A stretch of DNA of 64,000 bases from Babesia bigemina. Its lineage: Eukaryota. Shown one piece after another: positions 9,801 through 18,600 of the stretch. The stretch lies in contig NC_027218.1 in NCBI RefSeq assembly GCF_000981445.1, positions 1,984,001-2,048,000 on the forward strand. Direction: 5' to 3'. Both the position numbers and the translations under genes were made by a program. The notes under the pieces were generated by a model. The model had not been told where the DNA came from. It was given only the letters and a program-made list of their open reading frames with translations, and searched no databases. Each line of letters opens with the position of its first letter. Positions within the stretch are counted from its first letter, which is position 1.

Positions 9801-12044
9801 AGTCGTATGGTTATTAGCGGCGGTAGTTATATAGCTTGGCAATGTTTTCGACTGGATTGCATTCCATACCTCATCGGGATTACTGACCTTGAAATCAGGG
9901 CGACGTGTTAACGTAACACTTGGATGGCAGTATGTTTCAGTACCTTTACGCTCCGATCTCATATGAGAAGGGCACTGTGCCTGAGTTTGAGAATTTGAAC
10001 TCCCACCCCCTCCAGCTCCGCCACCCGCGCCAGTACCCGGGCCAGCGGATGTCGTAGTAGTAGCGACAGTGGAATTCTGCGATGTAGTTGGACCACTTTG
10101 TTGAGTGGCGCCTGAAGTGGACCCCGTACCACTCGTGCCCGAACCACCACCGGGAGCAGGGACACCAGGTGACGGGGAGCCTGCAGATTGAACATTTGGA
10201 GTCTGTGGATGGGCAGTAGGTGGAGATCCAGCAGGCTGTTGAGTTTTAAGACCACCGCCCTGCGTATCCTTACCCCGCCCATTACCACCCGGTTGAACAG
10301 CTCCAGGAAGACCCTGACCACTACCGGTGCTAGGGACACCATCCGGAGCAGGGACAACAGATGACTGAGGGCGTGAACTTGTATCACTGGGAGTCTGAGG
10401 TTTCGGAGCTGGAGAGGCGGCAGCCTTTTGACCCGCATCACCACCGCCTTTTGTACTCCCGCCCCCGCTACCCGGCTTACCAGGGGAGCCAGCGGCTGCA
10501 GGAGCACCGGGGGGAGAGACTGCAGGTGGAAGCGCTGGTTGGGGTGGAGATGGAGACTGTTGCTTTTGAACAGTATCTTTAGGTGGAGAAGATTTTGTAG
10601 TCCCTGTACCAGGAGGCCCTGGAGCTCCTGTACCACCGGGATGCGGAGATGAAGGTGTGCCGACTGATGAAGTTCCAGGTTTCGCTCCACTTTGACTAGT
10701 ATTTTGATCTGTACTTCCTCCAGCATTCTTAGCTTGGGGCTTCGCAGCCTCCGTTTTAGTCGCCTCGGTTTTAGTGGCAGTCGGCTTCGCAGCCTCGGCT
10801 TTGGTGACCACAGGTTTGACGGCCTCGGTTCCAGGCGAAGCTGGAACTTTCTTCTCCGGCACAACTTCCTTGGGAGCCTCGGGGACCTTAACATGGGAGG
10901 GCTGTGGTTTAGGGGAGGACGGCGCTGTGCATGACTTGTTGTATGTTCCTTCCAAGATTTCCTTGAGCGTTCGCAACGTCTCATCCAGCTGGACGAACTT
11001 TTGGAATATAGGATCCCATTTATTTAAATTGGATGATTTGGCCCACACTCTCGGTTTACTCCCGTCGAAAATGAACCCATTGGGGTATAGTTTATCCTTG
11101 GCATATGATTGCAGCTCAGCCGTCGATCTGATTGACGGAGGTATCATTTTACCTAATTCGCCTGCGGCTTTTGACAAGTTCGCTTTGCACCACTCGGCGG
11201 CCTTTGTAACAAATTTAACAGGCTCTTTAGGTTTAAACGCTATACCGGTAGCAGAAAATCCTGCGGCCGTCAGTTGATCGATGTGTTCTTTCAGAAGTTG
11301 ACAATGATCTTTTAAATCTGTCCAACATATTGTATTAGTTCCAATGGCTTTTTCCACAGACGATTTGTACTTATTGCCGTCAGGGTCACCAATCACCAAC
11401 TCGCAAAATACGGGCAGAAGAAAGACGGCGTTCCCGGTATTCACAGCGTCCAACGATTTTCCTAATGTCGTCAATATAACATTTCGAAAATGATCATGCA
11501 CCGGATTTCCTCTAGCACCGTATTTATTTAAAATTGTTTTTAAATCCTCTACTAGTGTGCCACCCTTTACATTACCAAGTTCCATGGCATCAAACCCTCC
11601 ACGAATAATGTTATTCCCAGTAGTCAAAAACTCCTGAAAATCTCTGGACTTAGGAGACTGTAAAGCCCAATCCCCACCGCCAACATCACGAAACGTAGCA
11701 TCAACGTGATACTGTATGAAAGAAAGCGCAGCAAGGAACTTAGGGGTGCACTCTAAAAGTGCGTCCAGAATCTGATTTGCATCCCTTGGTGTTACTTTAT
11801 AAGTGCCCCGTCTCGAAACTTGCTGAGATGACAATTTCTTATGTAGACTGGCGACATTTTTTACGAAATTAACATATCGATTTTGTAATTGCTTCTTGAA
11901 TTGTGAGTTAGATCCATAATACGGTCTCAATTTCGTCATAAACGCGTTTACAACATTGTTCTTTTGACCTTGACCGCCGTTCAACCATTCCAAGAACTCA
12001 AAGCACTCCTTAAGAGTGTCTAACGTGACTCCATGCCCCGACAT
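6834..12044 (-). CDS. Giant VESA/ves-superfamily variant antigen (type often auto-annotated 'ribosome-binding protein 1' in Babesia)
   Basis: Intronless ~1736 aa from the ATG at 12044. N-terminal TLKECFEFLEWL domain, G/S/P/T-rich linker, charged coiled coil, Cys-rich C-terminal domain (RTVRDMLTWLAGL, LQFLKSQC, TPRTTGELVSFF), TM helix and tail YRLDVLHIRSHL...LSLYKDVDYFD characteristic of Babesia ves-family proteins. Confidence 0.85.
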   Translation of the reverse strand: MSGHGVTLDTLKECFEFLEWLNGGQGQKNNVVNAFMTKLRPYYGSNSQFKKQLQNRYVNFVKNVASLHKKLSSQQVSRRGTYKVTPRDANQILDALLECTPKFLAALSFIQYHVDATFRDVGGGDWALQSPKSRDFQEFLTTGNNIIRGGFDAMELGNVKGGTLVEDLKTILNKYGARGNPVHDHFRNVILTTLGKSLDAVNTGNAVFLLPVFCELVIGDPDGNKYKSSVEKAIGTNTICWTDLKDHCQLLKEHIDQLTAAGFSATGIAFKPKEPVKFVTKAAEWCKANLSKAAGELGKMIPPSIRSTAELQSYAKDKLYPNGFIFDGSKPRVWAKSSNLNKWDPIFQKFVQLDETLRTLKEILEGTYNKSCTAPSSPKPQPSHVKVPEAPKEVVPEKKVPASPGTEAVKPVVTKAEAAKPTATKTEATKTEAAKPQAKNAGGSTDQNTSQSGAKPGTSSVGTPSSPHPGGTGAPGPPGTGTTKSSPPKDTVQKQQSPSPPQPALPPAVSPPGAPAAAGSPGKPGSGGGSTKGGGDAGQKAAASPAPKPQTPSDTSSRPQSSVVPAPDGVPSTGSGQGLPGAVQPGGNGRGKDTQGGGLKTQQPAGSPPTAHPQTPNVQSAGSPSPGVPAPGGGSGTSGTGSTSGATQQSGPTTSQNSTVATTTTSAGPGTGAGGGAGGGGSSNSQTQAQCPSHMRSERKGTETYCHPSVTLTRRPDFKVSNPDEVWNAIQSKTLPSYITTAANNHTTTQYKTVSTSVNHPNHTTQGSFQHPTDGRNRHAKPYYVPADGRPRKGVMGIRDVPSLDFDGESIPDKSLKRVQQEMRRNGELGKKRVAVKVRAKHDQALRDVQDRWNKDAEKIKTEDKEWRKRQEAGKLLKQSDDYAIVQQERKRAAAEALQKKLDDHRIAQEEELKKIQSAPSVDLDGSQPIYQYPYVINNHQDDFLSMYSVDGGVIPDPYKDQNDSERKRKSDDALHDILTEKQLQLALNLETEQKFKDARDVELQKFLHHVQDQSTAAEGLVSGKIVTPSQPESYKYQAFTVADGTPMVDKRHLQEDDIGKLQRKSAGDDWNDYVQRRKESLDKEEKRHRDEVAKKNSDAIEAIKSMGIPQVITEHAPRRPSPILYELPHFDIQVAKHTLPDDDLDFDLDFDDDSTHITNETPTDFVDPPFPAISFNIPPPGPEQPLPPPEDFSPDIISRPDLKMCIAPWMNQTKTGDSPDIPETELFPSQAPRTVRDMLTWLAGLRNPKHHDTLKQCIKRAFGGLHDDPSQLALSVNGSYVRPTDVFDILQLTAMFAGSVLTAIAPNWRASVATRTVQPKSSDEPDCCALLCQLRDYVYACCHQLQFLKSQCSRDKLSGGWQDCGYGSDITASKSPLQAFLTDGWDSDFDTHPFDPCNLCHKSRVRMGFQANDLPKSSQQGSAISSILTPSCGGDDPLLTLCSYLNCLTRRTPRTTGELVSFFHHFGIELHDFDQSKLSKLGTSLCNPHPDCPDWDRLKNSSLHAVKGIRGTEALISKHNSNHNNEHPRTLSTLVGCSSATANCPQHCSPITYRAYALYSQSFAHTYLSWTVYLPDSLRESLEKLHYDLKKHVSIKCSSLYLCSTALPLLYTHGITPPEMGLQSPLKCADVISKLKEIVNGGPIASLMTAMDNFLYNIREPFIFTLVALWSTALLVLANTMLYRLDVLHIRSHLIRTKASHHIDVKALLTKGRKMLSLYKDVDYFDEDPIGQLAL
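7348..8054. repeat. ~700 bp apparently identical inverted repeat (left copy), partner 19999-20705
   Basis: Same protein sequence LLCQLRDYVYACCH...YSQSFAH in both genes. Off-frame ORFs are also identical (7347-7592 vs 20461-20706; 7387-7620 vs 20433-20666), implying nucleotide identity. Confidence 0.9.
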
Positions 12045-12143
12045 CCTCTGAACTTTCAATCATCAATATCAGCTTAACAAACTCTACGGTAAGCGTTCGT
12101 ATGGTGTCAACCAGCAAACCCTAAAGGGATAAGATCGCTAAGG

Positions 12144-12497
12144 TGACGCCCATTCCAAAACACCCTATCCAAGCCGCTAAGTGCGCTAGGTGACAAGGGT
12201 ACAATGAAGCAATCTGAATGACAGAGGTATGTCACGGCACAAAAGCCAAGCGCGACAAGCGTGGACCGGCAGCCACTTGTCCACTCCGCCTTCGTAGACA
12301 ACATGAAAGACTGAAACGGTACCACCATCCCACCTACCTGAGAAGGGAAGGCGGCATGTCTATGTATTTGGCAAGATTGTATCGTGACTGGCATTAACGT
12401 CTGGAGCACATGGTAAAGCACAGCATAATACATGAGGGTTCCGGGTGACATATAGAATGCCTATCCTCACCCCGCATTGACGCCGCCAAGCCGTCTC
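12144..12497. repeat. Upstream inverted-repeat blocks (61 bp at 12144-12204; 192 bp at 12306-12497) shared with 15506-15566 and 15212-15403
   Basis: Direct base comparison: the 61-bp block is identical and the 192-bp block has one visible mismatch. Both give the ORF MSPGTLMYYAVLYHVLQTLMPVTIQSCQIHRHAAFPSQVGGMVV. Confidence 0.9.
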
Positions 12498-15211
12498 CTC
12501 CAGGCACTAGGGGAGCACCGAAGCATCCGCCACCAAATACGTCACCGAGATATCACAACGGCGCGTTTCTCACCACATAAACGCCACACCCAGCCAGTCG
12601 TAGTTAGACTGATGAGCCTACCCCACATTCATGCCTACATTATGTTTTCGATGTTGTAAATTCAACCATGGAGTGATGCATCAGATTAGTTGCCCTTTTA
12701 ACAGCGCCACGTCTCGAACTCCACACTGTTATATCCTTGAATGCGTCACGCCTTACTCAGCTCCCACCTGTTGTGGGCTTGGAGACATCCACCTACCAAC
12801 GATTCGCCCTTCGATTAACCACCCAACTCCATTTGTTGGCACATAACCAAATGTAAGATCATTCATTCATATGCTCAATATTAAAGCACAAAACGACGTA
12901 GTGTTATCTAAGGTCTAATATCCCAGCCATAATCATATGGATTATCCGATTCAGCAGAGATTTCCTGAACGCCTTTCGCCGACTTCTCTGACTTGCGCTT
13001 TTTCCAACATGATTATTGTCGTATTACTGGTTAACATACCAACATGAGCAATCATATGTTTTGTTGTTGCCCATCGCATCAATCTATGGGCTGTTACTGA
13101 GTCCGGTATTATCTAGAAGCTTACACTTCGCAATTGCCAATTTGAGTCACGGAATATTAGCAAAGCATATTAGCATCGGTACTTTATATACGACCATCGC
13201 ATTAAGATGTCTTTGTATGACCTGCCCCCGTGGTCTACCGTGGCTAGACATGGACTGCCGGACATTGCTCATCAACATTACTGGAGCTACTGAATCTTAA
13301 TGATTGGTACTACATGTTATTTAATGTTGGATGTTATGGGAGTTGCAGGTTTTCTAAATTGTGAGCTCGTATACAAACAAACATGTGACGCCTTCAAATT
13401 TTTTGCATTACAGATAGCCACTGAAAAACAGAGCAAACCGTAGTCGCATCTCACGCCATTGGCAAGGATTAGTGCCACGCGCACAGCTTCCAAAGAGCTG
13501 TAGTAACACACAATGCAGCCGACTTGGCAAACGGCGTAATAAAATGAGGTTGAGCCTATTTTAAGTTGTACAGTGTCCGACACCTGAAGTTCATTTGGCA
13601 CGTCTATTCGCCGTTATTAATACCACTGTACGTGCACTCTCTTGGTATGCGCTGCGGCATCCACGCTTTCCTGTTGCCGACCGTCACCGGCGCCATGTGT
13701 TGGCATCCGCCCTGCTCGGCAACAATGGCAATTCACAAAGTGTTCATAATATCCGGGAGTCACATCTTCTCTCACAGAAATACCAGCTCGTATCTGGTTT
13801 GTTACGTGAACGCCCTCTCTCCGAGCTTCCACAGCTACTTGGGCATCCGCATCTTGTACGTCTGCACCTGCACCAGATTTTTTTGTTTGTTGTTTTCATT
13901 TCCAAACTATTGATACTAGTCTTTTGTAACTGTGCTTGTATTATGTCCCGTTTGTTGTATGTCTTGAGTTGCAGAGAGGTAACACCTTGTACGACAGTGC
14001 CGGTGCGTCACCACCAAGGGTGTCGTCCTGTCTACCATCCAGATCGAGAACTACTACTCCAAGTAATACTGAACTCACATTTGGTAACTCGTATTGCAAT
14101 TAGACACTTTAATTGTCATAGTTCGTGTTGGTCGAGCTGTTGGTTTGTCTTTAATGGTGGCATTAGCTTATGGCAGAATGCGGTAAATGCTGGTGCTGAT
14201 TTGGCTGCTTTGTCCGCTGTTATCTAAGTCGTGTATGAGTGGCGTAGTACTCCGTTAGCGTTGTAATGAGGTGAAATCTATTTACGTACCGTCACGCTTT
14301 TGCTCTACATTTTGCACTTCTAAAGTGAGAAGATGGGATACAGTGGCTAGCTCATTTAATCACAAACTGAAACTTCGGCAATGCAACTGACACATAACAA
14401 TGAGCACTTGGTGAAGTCTAGCTATGAGTTGCAGTAGTCCACTTTTCTTTAGCAATTACCGGCAGTCACTGTCAAGCCACGTCAGTCAACCGAAGGAATG
14501 TCCTAACAAGGTAGCCTTATCCGATCCTAGTATATACAATGCGCATAATCAGATGATATGTAACGTCGCAGTGACGCATTCCAACAATTTCAAAGCGTTG
14601 AATCCTCGGCACCATCGGACTATGCCACTAGTTCACGGCCTGATGGCATGGTAGGAGGATATCAGACAGTGCTTCATAGTGAGAAGCTCAGAATCAGATG
14701 ACAATGACCAAGATTTAGAAAATAGTGTGAGTCGCTAAAGCCAGTGAAACACTCTCTATGCCCCTCAGCTCAATACGGGGTGAGAGCAATGTGGTCGGCA
14801 TGTGAAGAGTTTTCAGCACGCAAAGTTCTGTGTTACCATCGAAGCAGTCTTGCAAGAATGCCCATTTCATGTGGATAGTGTGCTTATTGAGAAACCTAGG
14901 TCGTCAGCTGAAGTGGGCTGTGCCACGTGTATCATGCTTCAATGCTGCTGGAAGGTGAGTGCGGGGGCACGGCGGGCGAGGTTGTCACTGTGGCAATATC
15001 ACGCACGGACGTTAAATCGCAAAGCAATTCTCTGTGCATCGATTGATGCAGCAATATATAATCTGCACCTCGTTTGGCGAGGTCAAAGTGGGGTAATGTT
15101 CGCAATCTCTGGTGGTCATTGGGGTGATGCTAAAATGAGGCACTGGTGTCTATCCGGGCGACAGAGGCACGCAGCATCGTGGGTGCCATGATGCCCGCAA
15201 AACGCCTTTGT

Positions 15212-15566
15212 GAGACGGCTTGGCGGCGTCAATGCGGGGTGAGGATAGGCATTCTATATGTCACCCGGAACCCTCATGTATTATGCTGTGCTTTACCATG
15301 TGCTCCAGACGTTAATGCCAGTCACGATACAATCTTGCCAAATACATAGACATGCCGCCTTCCCTTCTCAGGTAGGTGGGATGGTGGTATCGTTTCAGTC
15401 TTTGATGTTGTCTGGGGAGGGGAGTGGACAAGTGATTGGCAGCGGGTCCGAAGTTGTCGCGCTTTGATTTTGCGCCGTGACATTTCTGTCACCCATTTTT
15501 GCACTTTGTACCCTTGTCACCTAGCGCACTTAGCGGCTTGGATAGGGTGTTTTGGAATGGGCGTCA
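15212..15566. repeat. Right-arm copy of the upstream inverted-repeat blocks (putative shared promoter/5'UTR)
   Basis: Reverse complement of 12144-12204 and 12306-12497, at about the same distance from the ATG of the giant gene. Confidence 0.9.
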
Positions 15567-15660
15567 ATTTATAGCATTGGTCTTTCCTAGCTAACATCAT
15601 CGGTATGCCGGCTTTCGTGTCATGTAAAATTAACGTATTGGTTCATTGGAAGTGGAAAGG

Positions 15661-18600
15661 ATGACGGCGCATGGAATTGATTTAAGCACTCTAAAGGACT
15701 GTCTCCAGTTCCTAAAGTGGTTGAATGATTCTCAGCAGAGTAGTATGAGAGGTAAGGTTGCTGAAGAACTGGCTAGGCGTGTTAGTGATAAATATAATAG
15801 TGTGAATACACGTGAAATTCAAAATGCACTGTCCCAATTTCTCGGCCACGTAACAAAGTTTCATAGAAAGTTATGCCACAACCCAGCTGCAGGCATTTAC
15901 CGGGGTAAAAACGCAAACGATATTACCGAAGCTCTCCTCGAATGCATTCCTAAGTTTCTTACCGCATTGTACTATCTCTGGTATGACGTGAATGCAACAT
16001 TCGGAACTCTGGGAGGCGGAGGGTGGAAGCTGGATTATCCTGGATATGAGAGGGAATGGAGGATGTGGAGTTCCAGCGGCGGTGACTTGCAAAAATATTT
16101 CAGAGCAACAGTTAGTGACGCTGAAAACTACGGTGGCATTATACCTGGAGGTTTCGGTTTCCAAGAGATTCGACATAATGACGATTGGTATGGTTACTAT
16201 CAGGGATATTTAATGGAAGGTGACATTAAAAACATTCTAGACAAACAAAAGAATCAATTTTTCCGCGACATTTTTGCCACTTCGGTGGTCTCCAAATCCG
16301 GCCTCCACAAGGTGAACACAGCTAACGCGCTTGCATTGGTGGGAACTTTTTGTGAGATTGTGGCCGATGCGGAAAAGAAAAAACAAGTAGATCAACTGAA
16401 AAATGTTGTAAAGCCTCCAGACAAATGCATAAATTGGGGCCATTTAAAAGATCATTGCGCTCAGCTTCAACGTCAATTTAGCAAAATTTTCAAACGTCAA
16501 CGCTTTTCCCATACTGGAGAGTCGCCGAAACTTAAAGACCTCAACACCCGAAAATTTGCGCAAAGCGCCGCGGATTGGTTGAGAACAAATTTGGAGACAG
16601 TACGTACGAATTTGAGCAATATAAGTACAAGCGGCCCAAACATTCAGCGATATCGCGACAATCTGGGAGAATATTTCACCAAACATTTTTTCCCCTACGG
16701 TTTCACATTTGATAACCACTATGGGATATCGAGCAATGTTGCAAAGAATTTGCCAAAGGAATTGAACGGTGTAATTGTTGAGTTTGTTAAACGAAAAAAT
16801 GGCTTGGAGAAATTGAGGGAAATTTTGGAGGGGGAAAATTGTCCAGATCAACCCAAGTCTTCTTCAGAAACTGTGTCGCCCAATGCTAAAGGATCTGGAA
16901 CATCCGTTACCACGGGCGGCGGGGGTGGGCAAAAAGGCGGAACACAAGGAAATGCTACGCCCGGATCAACCAGCTCAGTAACGTCAAAAGGAGCCGCCAA
17001 CAAAACCGAAGCGACAACACCCAAGGCCGCAGAGCCTACGGCCCCTAAATCCGAGGCGGTGAAGCCGCCTGCCACTACAACAACAGCTACGCCACCTCAG
17101 GGTAAAAAAGCTGACGGAACTCCAGATCAAGGCACTGCAGGGAATGGACCGCAGAACACGGGAAGCAGAAATCAAGGAGCTTCGAATCAAAATAATGGTC
17201 AAAGTGCAGCACATCCTGCAACTTCATCAGTTGTCAAATCTCCCACATCTCCGAGTCCCGGTGGTGCAGGAGCGTCAGGGACGCCAGGGGCTAAAGGTGA
17301 TAAAGGCAAGCAAGGATCTCCTGACTCAAAGCCAACGAGCGTAGTTCAGACAGGACAAAATAATGTTCAAAAGCAACAGCCTCTGCCTCCACCCCAACCA
17401 GCGCTTACACCTCAAGCCACTCCCCCCCGTGCTCCTGCAGTCCCTGGCCCCAATGGTTCGCCAAGTGGCGGTGGTGGTGCGGGTCCAAAGGCTGGTGACA
17501 CTTCATCATCTGCCAAATCTCAGCCTTCAAGTGTACAACTTCCAGGCCCTCAGTCATCCAGTGCCTCTGGTAACAGTGGTGTTAAGGGGTCTGCTTCTGT
17601 GCCTGGTCCAACAGGTGCTAAGGGGCAGGATACACAGGGCGGTAGTAATGCAGGTACGCAGCCTGCTGGCGCTTCACAGAGTGTTACAACTCAGCGTTCA
17701 AGTGATTCCAGTCCTGTCCCTCCGTCATCTGGTGGACCTGGTATCGGTGGTGGTCAGGTGTCTACTGCTGTGCCTGGTCAGCAAGGTGATAATGGGCTGG
17801 GAGCACGGGGCGGTGTTACTGATAGTTCACGGCCTGCTATCTCTACATCCGCTGGACAACTTTCAACACCAGGTGCTTCAACTTCAGGCCCTCAGCCATC
17901 TGGTGCCTCTGGTTCCAGTGGTGGTCAGGGCCCGGGTGGACAGGGACCTGCTTCTGACCCTGCTCAATCACGTGATCAAGTGGTTCAGACAAGTCAAATA
18001 AGCAATGGCACGTCATCCGGTGATTCAGGTGCTGATTCAGGTGGCGGGGGAGATAGAGCTGGAGGGGGTGGGAAGCAAAAACCGGTTGCGGCTATAACAA
18101 AATCCATACAATGTTCTGCCAATCAAATAGAATCTGTAGATATGTCTGGCAAACCATTCTGTCGGAATAAACCTAATACGTCTTATCGCAAACCTCTGTC
18201 TGAAAACGCCGTAAATAAAATAACAAATGCATATGAGAAAACAGTCGTTGAAAATATACTGAATGAACTTAATACCAAACATCCAAATCGTAGAATTCTG
18301 CAATCTCGAATTCCACCCACCCCTCCAAGTCAGCCCAGCCGTCCTGCTCCCGGGCCTTACCCTCTGCCTCCCGGTGGCCGTGATGTTCAAGGACGTCGGT
18401 ACTATGAGCCAGCAGAAGGTAGAGGTAGGCATGACGATGGTAGCATGGCTGTTAATCAACCTTCCGAATTTGATGGTCAGCCAATTCCAGATACCGCATC
18501 CAAGGAACTACAGGAACGAATAAAGAACAAAGTTGAGGGCATAAAATTTCTGAAATCGTTGGAAAGTAAAGCTCAGCAGGAGGAAGTGGAACAGCTTCGA

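Noticed and set aside
12107..12451. Duplicated ORF MSPGTLMYY... (also 15258-15467)
   Set aside because: No ATG start, and the frames diverge outside the repeat; better explained as duplicated upstream non-coding DNA.
13595..14227. 210-aa ORF in the palindrome spacer
   Set aside because: Non-ATG start, no recognisable motif; the opposite strand is interrupted by stops. Cannot support as a gene, though a decayed one is possible.
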